In this document: piece by piece, positions 23,790 through 37,100 of the stretch
Layout: each line of letters starts with the position of its first letter
Position numbering within the stretch: the first letter of the stretch is position 1
Assembly (NCBI RefSeq): GCF_963921235.1
Contig: NC_086097.1
Coordinates: forward strand, 117,740,001 to 117,804,000
Length of the DNA stretch: 64,000 bases
Reading direction: 5' to 3'
DNA from: Mobula hypostoma
Lineage: Eukaryota
The notes under the pieces: model-generated
Told to the model about the DNA's origin: nothing
What the model saw: the letters and a program-made list of their open reading frames with translations, nothing else
Databases searched by the model: none
Program-made: the position numbers and the translations under genes

Positions 23790-24400
23790 GTAGGCAGCCG
23801 TTGATCCCAGGGGATCATGGGTTTGCGCCTCTGGTAGACTGTGTCCTCTCCAGGGCGCAAGCCTGAGCTGGAAGATTTGAAGAACCACTGTTGCCCATGC
23901 AGAGGGTTCCCTCTCTCCATGTCACTGATGTAGTCCAAGGGAAGGGCAAGCGCTGATACAACTTGGCACCAGTATTGTCACAGAGGCTGCCAGAGTGAGG
24001 TTGTAAACAACATCAAATTGCCTCAGGGACCCTGGCTCCAGATTTCTTCCTCAGGGTTTACTCCCAAAGCCTTTCCCATGGGTAGGTATGGCTGCAAGGC
24101 TGCGGAGGTTTAAAATCAGAGTTTTCCTTCTCCTAAGCAAGCTGCCGTCCAAGGTTGATGAGCCCCACCTGCCCGAAGCAACTGGTTTTGAAACACCAGT
24201 GGCCTTTACCTTTTCTCTTGTCAGTAGAAACAGTTCCGCAGGACCTCGTAGCTAAGCCATACATGAAGGCTAAGAGATGGACTTGGTTATCAGAGGCTGT
24301 TGAAGATGCACACCATTTGGAACACTTTATAGGTAGTGGGAGCTTATCCCCACTACCACACCACCCACCCCCCTGCCCCCCGGCTATGGCAACCTTAGGA
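23790..24400. repeat. Interspersed repeat, possibly RTE-LINE-related
   Basis: GC-richer block with sharp edges in AT-rich DNA; no protein motif; family assignment is a recollection only. Confidence 0.35.
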
Positions 24401-26397
24401 ACCATGAACTGGATACTTACAGATAAAACACCTATGATGTCTTCTTTGTAGTTTCTTTAAGTAATTGCTAGTACAGCCTATTAGGCCTCAAGTTAGTAAA
24501 CCAGAATAACAACAGATGCTGGAATTCAGAAATGAGAACAAATAATGGGTATGCTGATTATATCAAATTGTTGAGCCCATGTTGAATTCTAGTGGTGTGC
24601 TTACGGCCAATTAAGCAATCTGCAGCTTTGCTGTCTCTGAGGGAGTTCAACGAGGCTTGGAGCGGGGTGCGGGACTTGGAGACACGTCAGACTGGAGATG
24701 GAGCAAGCCCATGATCAACTCCATTGCTTCCCTATGATTGAAGTCGACGAGGACGGAAGCGGAGAATGGGTGGGTGTTCAACACCATTTGCCTGCGTTTG
24801 GCTGGTCTTCCTTCCCCTCTCGCTAGCTGCTGTCAGAGGAAAGTACAGGAGTCTTGGGATCCACATTGCCAAGAATGATTGGTGAGGCTCATTTTGGGGG
24901 ACTTTATGGTTCATGTTGAATGTATTTCTGGATTCTAGTTGCTCTTTTTTTGCTGAGCAGTTTGATTGGGGCGATCAATACGGACTGGGGCGCTTCTGCG
25001 AAGAATGGCCTTGTGTCTTCCATTGGCTAGCGGTGCGGTACTGAACTGAACCAAGCTGAATTTTATTGGTTTGATGTTTGATATTCAATGTGTTGTTTGC
25101 CCACTTTTTGACATTTGTGCAATTTGTTCTGTTTTTTGCATGTTGGATGTTTGATGTTTTCTTGATGGGGTTCCATGGTGTTTTTTTTTGTTTCATGGCT
25201 TCCTGCAAGGTGTGGATCTAGAGGATGTGGTATGCACAGAGGCGGGGTCATGCCTAATTCTTGGGCAGTGAGGATTGCTTGGATTGTGTTCAGGGATGCT
25301 TAGGCAGCTGATGAGGCAACTGGGATCGCAAGAAACAGCCTTACTGACTCACTGAAGATGTTACACAAGGAAGTCACCCAATCTACCTGTGGACACCCCA
25401 AAGAAGAAAATGCCCTATTATGAGCTAATGTTCAAAGTCAGTAGCCAGATCCACAAGTAAACATCTGTTCCTCTTCATAGGGAGTTTGGAACCTTGAGAA
25501 GTGAGAAGGGAAAGTACGAAGGGGTCACCTAAAAGTGGCTCATACAATTAGGGACCATTCCAATCCAGATCCTTCCTTCTTCTCCATCCTCCCATCTGGC
25601 ATATGATACAAACGCTTGCAAACACACAGCAGCAGGCTGAAGGGCAGCTTCACTCCCACTGTTATCATTCTCTTGAACAGACCTCTTGTACGTGAAAGAT
25701 AAACGCTTGATCACTCGGTCGACCTAGACATGGCTATTGCAGTGTACCTGTCTACCTGCATTGCACTTTTTTCCCTCTGTAACTGTAGCAAGATATTTTG
25801 GATTCTGTTACTTTTTACTTTTGTGTTACCTCGATGTGCTTATGTGAGAAATAATCCCTTGGAATATATCTCAGTCCATATGAGAATAAAACACCAATTA
25901 CCATTTATAACTTATTTGGAAGTTCTTACGAAAAGTTCCAGTTTTCAGAAGAAGTGGGCTCAAGATAAGATTTTTTATTGTCATTCATCAGTGTGTGAGT
26001 GTAAAGGCAAATAAAATGATTTTTACTGCGGACCAGAAGCAGCAATAAAAAAAACACAATAAAATAAAAGAGAATGAATACAAATACATAAGATTATCTT
26101 ACATACATAGACTGATTGAATGTACATTAAGTGACTCTAGTTACAGGACTATATGTGCATAAGGTGACTCAGACAGGAAGTGATAAAGTAGCGGTGTTGG
26201 GGGTTGTGATGTGGTAGGTTAGTGGATCAGCTTTTTGGCTTGGGGAAGAAACAGTTTCTGAGTCAGGTGATCTCACTTCAGAGGATCTGTCCTGGGCCAG
26301 GCATGTAAGTGGAATTACGAAGAAAGCATGGTAATGCCTCTACTTACTTAGGAGTTTATGAAGTTTCGTCATGACATCTAAAAACTTGGCAAACTTA

Positions 26398-28055
26398 CAG
26401 TGCCTATAAAAAGTATTCAACCACATTGGAAGTTTTCATGTTTTCTTTTTGTTATAAAACATTTAATCACAGTGGATTTAATTTGTTTTTTTTTTGACAC
26501 TGATCAACAGAAAAAGTGTCAAAGTGAAAGTAGATCTTTACAAAGTGATCTAAATGAATTACAAATACAAAGCACAAAATAATTGCTTAAGTATTCACCC
26601 CCTTTAATATGACACATCAAATCATCACTGACTTAGCACATTGGTGTTAGAAGTCACATAATTAGTTAACTGGAAATCTGAATTGGGAGATCTGTGGGAG
26701 TCAAGGTGTTTCAATTCATTGCAGTAAAAATACACCTGTATCCGGAAGTTCAAAATGCTGGTGAGTCAGTATTCCGGCACAAACTACACCATTAAGGCAA
26801 AAGAACACTCTGAGCAATTCTATGAAAAGGTTATTGAAAAGCATGGGTCAGGAAATGGATAGAAGAAAATTTCCAGGTCACTGAATATCCCATGGAGTAC
26901 AGTTCAGTCAATAATCAGGAAATGGAAAGAATATGGAATAGCTGTAAATCTGCCTCGAGCAGGTTGTCCTCAAAAACTGAGTGACCATGCAAGAAGGGGA
27001 CTAGTGAGGGAAGCTACCAAGAGCCCTATGACAACTGGGGAGAAGTTACAAACTTCAGTAGTTGAGATGGGAGAGACTGCACATACAACAACAGTTACCT
27101 GGGTGCTTCACCTGTCGCAGCTTTATGGGAGAGTGGCAAAGAGAAAGCTACTGTTGAGAAAAAAAAACATGAAATCTCATCTAGAGTTTGCCAGAAGGCA
27201 TGTAGGAGACTCTGAAGTCAACTGGAAGAAGGATCTATGGTCTGATGAAACTAAAATTGAAATTTTTGGCCATCAGACCAAACACTATGTTTGACATAAG
27301 CCAAACACCATACATCATCAAAAGCACACCATTCCTACCATGAAGCATGGTAGTGGCTGCATTATGCTGGTGCGATGCTTCACTGTAGCAGCCCTGAAAG
27401 GCTTGTGAAGGTAGAGGATTAAATAAATGCAGCAAAATACAGGGAAATCCTGGAGGAAAACTTGATGCAGTCTGCATGAGAACTGTGACTTGAGAGAAGA
27501 GAAAATTTGCAGATGCTAGAAATCCATACAAAAAGAGTACAGTCAACGTTTCGGGCTGTGACCCTTCAACAGTCCTGGAATCGGCCTGAAACATCGATTG
27601 TACCCTTTTCCATAGATGCTGACTGCTCTGCTGAGTTCCTCCAGCATTTTGGTCTCGAAAAAGGTTATTCACGCACAATCCCCATACAATCTGATAGAGC
27701 TTGAGTAGTTTTGTAAAGAAGAATGGGGAAAATTTGCAGTCCCCGAATGTGCAAAACTGATAGAACCCTATCAACACAGACTCAAGGCTGTAATTGCTGC
27801 CAAAGGTGCATCTGCTAAATAGTGACTTAAGAGGGATGAATACTTAAGCAATGTAATCAATTATTTTATGTTTTATGTTTGTAATTAATTTAGATCACTT
27901 TGTAGAGATTTGTTTCTGCTTTGACACAAGTCCTTTTCTATTGATCAGAGTAAAAAAAAAACAAATTAAATCCACTGTGCATCAATGTTGTAAAACAATA
28001 AAACATGAAAACTTCCAAAGGGTGTGAAGGGGGTGAATACTTTTTATAGGCACTG
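26398..28055 (+). mobile_element. Tc1-family DNA transposon, IR/DR type; transposase inactivated
   Basis: Perfect 22-bp terminal IR CAGTGCCTATAAAAAGTATTCA, ~200-bp imperfect IRs with inner DRs (~26585-26602, ~27831-27850), TA on the left and CA on the right. Transposase remnant ~26791-27822 (GCPQKL, REATKSP, LWSDETKIE, KHGSG.IML, CAKLIE.Y..RL). Confidence 0.95.
27500..27651. mobile_element. Penelope-terminus-derived palindromic insert within the Tc1 transposase
   Basis: gaaaatttgcagatgctagaaatcc...aaaagagtacagtcaacgtttcgggc / ggcctgaaacatcgattgtacccttttccatagatgct; inverted arms. Confidence 0.78.
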
Positions 28056-29795
28056 CATATAGTTGTGTGGTGGAGAGTACATGGACTAACTGCATCACAG
28101 GCTCTTATGGAAACTCCAAGGTTCTGTAAAGGAAAATCCTATAAAACGTAATGGATGCGGTCTAGTCCATCACAGGTAAACCCTTCCCCACCATGAAGCA
28201 CAACAACACAGAGCAATGTCGCAGGAAAGCAGCATCTATCATCAGGGACCCCCACCACCCAATCATGGTCTTTTCTTGCTGCTGCCATCAGGAAAAAGGT
28301 ACAGGAGCCCCACGGTTCGCGCCACTGGGCTCAGGAACAGTAATTACCCCTCAACCATCAGGCTCTTGAACTACAGGGGATAATTTCACAGAACTTCACT
28401 TGCCCCATCATTCAATTGTTCCCACACCCTATAGACTCGATCTCAAGAACTCTTATTTGTTTATTATGACTTTTTTCTTTCTTTTTGTATTTTCACAGCT
28501 TGTTTTCTTTTGAACACTGGTTGTCTGCCCAATTGGTGTGGTCTTTCATTGATCATATGATGGTTATTGGATTTATTGAGTATGCCCACAAAAAATAAAT
28601 CTCAGGGTTGTATATGGTGACATTTATAGTATGCACTTTATTAATAAATTTCCTTTGAACTTTGATCTTTGGTGGTCCTGGCGTTGATGTTGTGCAGCCT
28701 CTTTCCTGGTGGAATGAGAATGCCCAAATTGAAATCGCCATTTGATCTGTTGAAAGGAGAAAAGAAGAGGTGTCTACTGGTGACGTCATGTTCGTGGATG
28801 ATCTGTTGAACATGGATACTGGTAGTGTGAAGGCTGTCAACAAGGGGGCATTATCCTTTACCTGGGAGAGCGAAGGTTTGACAACAAAAGTGTTGGAAAT
28901 CATTGAATGTGGGAACAGAAACATATTTCAGAAGTGTGGTTAATGTTTAATGGATAATACATCTCATATTTTCTGTCTACCCAGTTTAACTGATATAATA
29001 TTTTATTTGAATGCTTACATAATTTCTGGATAACCATTAGCTTGTCTAATCATCAAATTGAATTATAAAGGCAATGTTAACAAATGCAAATCATAAAACA
29101 TAAACATAAAATCGGATAACTTACACGGCTGAGAAAAGAAAGTGAAATACCCTAGAAATGTCACATAATGTTCTATATCATAACATAACCAACAATATTA
29201 GTGGGGGAAAAAATAAACATTAAAAATAAGGCAAATCCTGTGAAATTTGCATGGTGTATGCAGGAATTTTGATGAATTAAAAGAACATTTGGGAACAATG
29301 TTATTTACAAGGGCTTCAGCATGTATATTGTAAAGCTAATAAAACTGAATCATTAGCTTCAATAAAAATCATAGATAAATGTATAACCCACTCCCAGAAT
29401 GTCCATGAAGAAAGATTCTCCAAACCTGGGGAAACAAAGTGGGGCAGTTAGTAAAGCTGAGACCTCGCAGGTCCACCAGTCCAAGTAAAGCTAATATTTA
29501 ATCTTCAATCTATCTATGATCCAAAAAAAAACTGGAACTGCACACACCAAGTCCTTAGGATCCACTGGCTTACTACAATATATCCGTACCCATGTCTGCA
29601 CAGAACCAACTGTATATTAATAATATAGTATTAAGGTACTATATTAGGGAGTATTCAAAATATAGATCATTCTTCTTTTCTGTTATAGGTGGTGAACCCT
29701 GTTTGATATCTTGTGCTCCCATTAAGTGGAATATCAAAAATCTGTGTACAGCCAATGCTGGAGTTGGAATTGGCAAAACGAGTCAGGAAGTTAGA

Positions 29796-32700
29796 TCATA
29801 TAACCATATAACCATATAACAATTACAGCACAGAAACAGGCCATCTCGGCCCTTCTAGTCCATGCCGAACTCTTACTCTCACCTAGTCCCACCGACCTGC
29901 ACTTGGCCCATAACCCTCCATTCCTTTCCTGTCCATATATCTATCCAATTTAACTTTAAATGACAACATCGAACCTGCCTCAACCACTTCTGCTGGAAGC
30001 TCGTTCCACACAGCTACCACTCTCTAAGTAAAGAAGTTCCCCCTCATGTTACCCCTAAAAGTTTGCCCTTTAAGTCTCAACTCATGTCCTCTTGTTTGAA
30101 TCTTCCCCACTCTCAATGGAAAAAACCTATCCACGTCAACTCTATCAATCCCCCTCATAATTTTAAACACCTCTATCAAGTCCCCCCTCAACCTTCTATG
30201 CTCCAAAGAATAAAGACCTAACTTGTTCCACCTTTCTCTGTAACTTAGGTGATGAAATCCAGCCAACCTTTTAGTAAACCTCCTCTGCACTCTCTCAATT
30301 TTATTGACATCTTTCCTATAATTCGATGACCAGAACTGTACACAATACTCCAAATTTGGCCTTACCAATGCCTTATACAATTTCAACAGTACATTCCAAC
30401 TCCTATATTCAATGCTCTGATTAACAAATGCCAACAAACCAAAAGCTTTCTTCACCACCCTATCCACATGAGATTCCACCTTCAGGGAGCTATGCACGAT
30501 TATTCCTAGATCCCTCTGTTCTACAGCATTCTTCAATGCCCTACCATTTACCATGTATGTCCTATTTTGATTAGTCCTACCAAAATGAATCACCTCACAT
30601 TTTTCAGCATTAAACTCCATCTGCCATGTTTCAGCCCACTCTTCTAACTGTCCTAAATCTCTCTGCAAGCTTTGGAAACCTACCTCATCATCGACAATGC
30701 CACCTATCTTAGTATCATCTGCATACTTACTAATCCAATTTACCACCCCATCATCCAGATCATTAATATACATGACAAACAACATTAGACCCAGTACAGA
30801 TCCCTGAGGCACACCGCTACACACCGTCCTCCAATCTGACACACAGTTATCCACCACTACTCTCTGGCATCTCCCATCTAGCCACTGCTGAATCCATTTT
30901 ACTACTTCCATATTAATGCCTAATGATTGAACCTTCCTAACTAACCTTCCATGTGGAACCTTGTCAAAGGCCTTACTGAAGTCCATATAGACAACATCCA
31001 CTGCTTTACTCTTGTCAACTTTCTTAGTAACCTCATCAAAAAATTAAATAAGATTTGTCAAACATGACTTTCCATGCACAAATCCATGTTGACTGTTGCT
31101 AATCAGACCCTGTTGATCCAGATAATTATATATACCATCTCTAAGAATACTTTCCATCGATTTACCCACCACTGATGTCAAACTCACAGGCCGATAATTG
31201 CCAGGTTTACTCTTAGAACTCTTTTTAAACAATGGAACCACATGAGCAATACCCCAATACTCCAGCACTATCCCCATTTCTAATGACATTTGAAATATTT
31301 CTGTTAGAGCCCCTGCTATTTCTACACTAACTTCCCTCAAGGTCCTAGTATTATCTTGTCTGGACCTGGACCCAGAGACAGTAGTGGGTAAATTGATGGA
31401 AAGTATTCTTAGAGATGGTATATATAATTAATCTGGATAGCCAGGGTCTGATTAGCAACAGTCAACATGGATTTGAGCGTGGAAGGTCATGTTTGACAAA
31501 TCTTATTGAATTTTTTGATGCGGTTACTAAGAAAGTTGATGAGGGTAAAGCGGTGGATGTTGTCTATATGGACTTCAGTAAGACCTTTGACAAGGTTCCA
31601 CATGGAAGGTTAGTTAGGAAGTTTCAATCATTAGGCATTAATATGGAAGTAGTAAAACGGATTCAGCAGTAGCTAGATGGCAGATGCCAAAGAGTAGTGG
31701 TGGATAACTGTGTGTCAGATCGGAGGCTAGTGTGTAGCGATATGCCTCAGGGATCTGTACTGGGTCCAATGTTGTTTGTCATATATATTAATGATCTTTT
31801 ATGTTCCTTAAATGTCCCAGTACTTCCTCTTCTTTAATTGTCATACTTTCCATAACTACCCTTCTTGTTTCCTTTACCTTACACAATTCAATATCCTTCT
31901 CCTTAGTGAATACCGAAGAAAAGAAATTGTTCAAAATCCACCTCATCTCTTTTTGCTCCACACATAGCCGTCCACTCTGATTCTCCAAGGGACCAATTTT
32001 ATCTCTCACTATCCTTTTGCCACTAACATAACTGTAGAAACCCTTTGGATTTATTTTCACCTTACTTACCAAAGCAGCCTCATATCTTCTTTTAGCTTTT
32101 CTAATTTCTTTCTTAAGATTTTTTTTACATTATTTATATTCCTCAAGTACCTCATTAACTCCAAGCTGCCTATATTTATTGAAGATCCCTCTCTTTTTCT
32201 GAACCAATTTTCCAATATCCCTTGAAAACCATGGTTCTGTCAAACTTTTAACCTTTCCTTTCAACCTAACAGGAATATAAAGATTCTGAACCCTCAAAAT
32301 TTCACCTTTAAATGACCTCCATTTCTCTATTACATCCTTCCCATAAAACTAATTGTCCCAATCCACTCCTTCTAAATCCTTTCGCATCTCCTCAAAGTTA
32401 GCCTTTCTCCATTCAAAAATCTCAATCCTAGGTCCAGTCCTATCCTTCTCCATAATTACACTGAAACTAATGGTATTGTGATCACTTGACCCAAAGTGCT
32501 CCCCAGCACATACCTCCGTCACCTGCCCTGTCACATTTCCTAACAGGAGATCCAACACTGCTCCTTCTCTAATTGGTACCTCTATGTATTGCTCCAAAAA
32601 ACTGTCTTACACACATTTGACAAACTCCAAACCATCCAGCCCTTTTACAGAATGGGCTTCACTGTCTATGTGAGGAAAATTAAAATCTCCCACAATCACA

Positions 32701-32887
32701 ACCTTGTGCTTACTACAAATATCTGCTATCTTCTTACGAATTTGCTCCTCCAGTTCTTGGTCCCCATTAGGTGGTCTATAATACACCCCTATAAGCTTCA
32801 CAACACCCTTCCTATTCCTCAATTCCACCCAAATAGCCTCCCTAGATGAGTCCACTAATTTATCCTGCCAGAGCACCGCTGTTATAT
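29796..32887 (-). mobile_element. Relatively young CR1 LINE (endonuclease to 3' tail) with an internal inverted segment
   Basis: 325-aa RT ORF 30024-31001 (YMDFSKAFDKVPH, GVPQGSVLG, YADDTK); endonuclease pieces YRPPNG, VGDFN, SSDHN; (ATAACCAT)n tail at ~29796-29820. Confidence 0.96.
31381..31797 (+). repeat. Inverted copy of CR1 RT segment 30757-31172
   Basis: ORF 31415-31672 repeats the peptide of the neighbouring minus-strand RT; over 90% identity by eye. Confidence 0.92.
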
Positions 32888-33292
32888 ATTCTATTATATA
32901 TCATCTGGAATGTGGGCGGAATGTGTGATCAGAGTTGGAATCTGGAGTTTGGACACTGGCTGTGTCTAGAGCTGGGGTGACAAACTGACATTTTATATGT
33001 TACACACAAGGCAGATTTGGCCACTGTATGTCATTGCAGACTTAATATCTTCCTAGTGGTCCTAGTTGTACCTGTGACTTAAAAAAAAAAAATTGTTACT
33101 AAGTGAAAGCCATTTCCCTAACCTTTGCAAATAAAGAGGACAGTCTAATTATAATTTTGGTCAAGGAAGATGAAGAGCCATTGTGAAATATCTTCATGAC
33201 TACATGTAGTCATAATGATAATTCACTTTGATTCACATTATTTCAGTGCTATCTCACGGGTGATATTCCAATTAGGGAAGTCCAAGGCAAGA

Positions 33293-33615
33293 TACAGTCA
33301 GTGGCCACTTTATTAAGTAGCTCCTGTACATAACAAAGAGGCCTCTGAGTGTATGTTCATGGTCTTCTGCTGCTGTAGCCCATTCTTTCCAAGTTTCAAA
33401 GTGTTGTGCATTCAGAGATACTCTTCTGCAAGCCATTGTTGTCTGAGCTACTGTTGCCTTCCTGTCAGCTTGTACAGTCTGGCCATCTCCTCTGACTTCT
33501 CATATTAGTAAGATGTTTTTGCCACAGAACTGCTGCATTCTGGATTTTTTTTTTGTTTGTTTTTCACACCATTCTCTGTAAACTCCAGAGAAGTTGTGCA
33601 TAAAAATCTCAGGGG
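33293..33615 (-). mobile_element. Non-autonomous Tc1-derived element, partial
   Basis: TIR cagtggccactttattaag, an inverted TIR, then a transposase N-terminal remnant; same family as 39433 and 59759. Confidence 0.78.
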
Positions 33616-33624
33616 TATGGAAAT

Positions 33625-34007
33625 GGAAATCAGGAACTGCAGATGCTAGAATCTGGAGACCATAAACAATCTGCTGGAAGAACTCAAGGGGTTAAATAAT
33701 ATCTATGGGAGAAAAGGGAATGCTGACTTTTTGAGTCAAAGTTCTAATGCATGGTTTAGACGTGAAAAGTCAGCAGGATTTCAGCCCGAAATATTGACAA
33801 TTCCTTTCCTCTCCACCTGCTGAAGGATCTCGGCCTGAAACTTCAGCTGTTCATTCCTCTCCATAGATGCTGGCTGACCAGGTGAGTTCCTCCAGCATTT
33901 TGTGTGTGTTGCTCTGGATTTCCAAATCTGCAGATTCTCTTGTGTTTACTAATTCCTTTCATCCCGCAGATGCTGTTCAACCCCTTGAGTTTGTCCAGCA
34001 GATTGGT
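33625..34007. mobile_element. Nested Penelope-terminus-derived palindromic elements
   Basis: Outer inverted arms (aatctgctggaagaactcaagggg / ccccttgagtttgtccagcagatt) enclose a second terminus at ~33772-33947 carrying CTGCTGA..GAAAC. Confidence 0.7.
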
Positions 34008-34061
34008 AACATGTGTTTGAAGAGGGTAGAAAGTGAGGGTAGAAAAGGCTAGAAATTCATC

Positions 34062-34064
<3 letters not shown>

Positions 34065-34105
<41 letters not shown>
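34065..34105. repeat. (AT)20 microsatellite
   Basis: Directly visible. Confidence 0.98.
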
Positions 34106-34108
<3 letters not shown>

Positions 34109-34131
34109 TGATCACTGAATGTAGTTGGAGT

Positions 34132-37100
34132 TAGAGTCATATAGAATCATAGAGCACAACACCACAGAAATGGGCCCTTTGGACCATCTAGTCCATGCTG
34201 AACTGTTATTTGACGTTGTCCAATTGACCCCCCTGGACCATGGTCTCCATACTCCTCCCATCCATGTATATCAAAATTTCTCTTAAATATTGAAATTAAA
34301 CCCACATCCACCATTTCGCTGGAAGCTCGTTCCACACTCTCACCAACCTGTGAGTGAAAATGCTCTACTTCAGGTTCCCATTAAATACTTCACCTTTCAC
34401 CCTTAATCTATGACCTCTATTTCCTGATCACCCAACCTCAGTGAAAAAAAAACTGCTTGCATTATCCTTATCTACACCCCTTATAATTTTCTGTACCTCT
34501 ATCAAATTTTCCCTAATTTCCTATGTTCCAGGGAATAAAGTCCGAGTCTCTTCAAACCTTTCCCTATAACCCTTAAGTCCTTAAATCCGAGCAGCACCCT
34601 TTTAAATTTTCACTGTGCTCTTTCAACCTTATTGATATCTTTCCTGTAGGTAAATAACCAGAACTGCATACTATATTCCAAATTAGGCCTCACTAACATC
34701 TTTTACAACTTCAATATAACATCCTATCTCCTGTACTCAATACTTTGACTTATGAAGGCCAATGTGCCAAAATGACCAGATCTACCTGTGCTGTCACTTT
34801 CAATGAATTATGGACCCATATTCCCAAATCCTTTTGTTCCACCACACACCTGAATGACCTACCACTCACAGTGTAAGACCTACCCTGGTTGGTCCTACCA
34901 GAGTGCAACATCTTGCCCTTGTCTGCATTAAATTCCATCTGACATTTTTCAGCTCATTTCTCCAGCTGGTCCAGGTCTTGCTGCAAGCTCTGATAGTCTT
35001 CCTCACTGTTCACTGAACCCCTAATCTTGGTGTCATCCACAAAGTTGCAGTTCCAGTGAACCACATTATCATTCAGGTCATTGATTATAGGTGACAAATA
35101 AAATTGACCATGTACCGAACCCTGGTGTATTCCACTAGTCTCAAGCCCCCCAGTCAGAGAGGCAACTATCTACTACCACTCCCTGGATTCTCCCACAAAG
35201 CCAGTGTCTAATCCAATTTACTACCTCATCCTAAATGCCAAGTGACTGAACCTTCTTAACCAACCTCCCATGCAGGACCTTGTCAAATGCCTTGCTAAGA
35301 TCCACGTGGATAACATCCACTGGCTTGCCTTCATTAACTTTCCTGGTAACTTCCTTGAAAAAACTATTACCAGTAGTTAGACACAACCTTCCACACACAA
35401 AGCCATGCTGACTAATCAGTCCCTGTCTATCCGAATACTTATATATCCAGTCCCTTAGAATACCTTCCAATAACTTTCCCACTTCCACTGGCAGGCTCCC
35501 TGGCCTATAATTTCCGGGTTTATTTTTAGAGTCTTTCTTAAACAGCAGAACATTAGCTATCATCCAATCCTCCAGTCCCTTACCTGTCACTGGGAATGAT
35601 TTAAATATCTCTGCCAGGGTCCCTGCAATTTCTGCATTTGCCTCCCACAGGGTCCAAGGAAAACATGTCAAGCCCTAGGGATATATCCACCTTAATTTGC
35701 CTCAGGACAGAAAACACCTCCTCCTCTGTAATCTGTATAGGGTGCATGACCTCAGTACTGCTTTGCCTTACTTCTATAGACTTTGGGTCTATCTCACCAG
35801 TAAGCACAGATGTGAAAGTTCCATTTAAGATCTCCCCATCTCTATGCATAAATAACCATTATGATCTATCAGAAGAACAATCTTGTCCTTTGCAATCCTT
35901 TTGCTTTTAACGTACCTGTAGAATCCCTTAGGATTCTCCTTCTCATTGTCTGCTAGGGCAACAACATTCTTTCTTTTAGCCCTCCTAACTTCTTTCTTAA
36001 GTGTTCTCTTGCATTTCATGCACTCCATAAGTACTTCATTTATTCCGACCTGCCCACACCTGTGATGCACTTCCTTTTCCTTCTTAACCAGGGCCTCAAT
36101 ATCTCTTGAAAACCAAGGTTCACTAAACCCATTATCTTTACCTTTTATTCTGAAAGACACATACAAGTTTTGTAGTCCCAAAGTTTCACTTTTGAAGGCC
36201 TCTGACTTACAAAGTACACCTTTGCCAGAAAACAGCAAGTCCCTATCCACACTTGCCAGATCCTTTCTGATACCATCAAAATTGGCATTTCTCCAATTTA
36301 GAATCTCAACCCCTGGACCAGACCTATCCTTTTCCATATTTACTTTGCAACTAATGGCATCATGACAACTAGTTGCAAAGTGTTCCTCAACACAAACTTC
36401 TGTCACCTGCCCTGTCTCATTCCCTAATAGCAGATCAAGTATCGCACACTCTTGTTGTGACTTCTATATACTTATTAAGGAAACTTTCCTGAACATATTT
36501 GATAAAATCTATCTCACCAAGTTCTTTTACAGCATGGGGGTACCAATCAATATGTGGAATGTTAAAATCACCTGCTATAACAACCTTATGTTTCTTGCAA
36601 CTGTCTACGACCTCTCTACAAATTTGTTGGGTGGTCGATAATAGTGCCCCTTTGACATGATCATACTTTCTTATTCCTCAGTGCAACTCATAAAGCTTCA
36701 CTACGATTTCTCCAGTCTGTCCTGACTGAATACTGCCATGACATTTTCCTTGACTAGTAATACTATTCCTCCCCCTTTAATCCCTCCCACATCTGAAACA
36801 TTGGTATGAAGAGGTGCCTGCCTCTCCTGCAACCAACTCTCACTACTGGCTGCAATGTCATAGTTCCAGGTGATGACCCATGCCACAAGCTCATCTCGTT
36901 TTCCTATAATACTTCTTGCATTGAACTATATGCAGCTCAGAACATTAGTTGCACCATACTCAACCATTTGATTCCTGACTTTGAGCTCTTAACAACCTCT
37001 GTCTCCTCAAACTCCCCTCTATCTGTTCTGGCACTCTAGCTCCCATCCCCCTGCAACTTTAGTTTAATACCCCCATCCCAAAAACCCCCACGTATCACTA

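Larger units (their letters stand above)
26285..28662 (+). mobile_element. Rex1/Babar-like LINE 3' fragment, split by the Tc1 insertion
   Basis: ORF2-like sequence ...acttggcaaactTA | tatagttgtgtggtggagag... continues across the Tc1; gaccccaccaccc..gctgccatcagg motif; tail ending aataaatttcctttgaactttga. Confidence 0.75.

Noticed and set aside
28553..28924. 123-aa minus-strand ORF
   Set aside because: Runs into a LINE tail and has no domain; probably chance.
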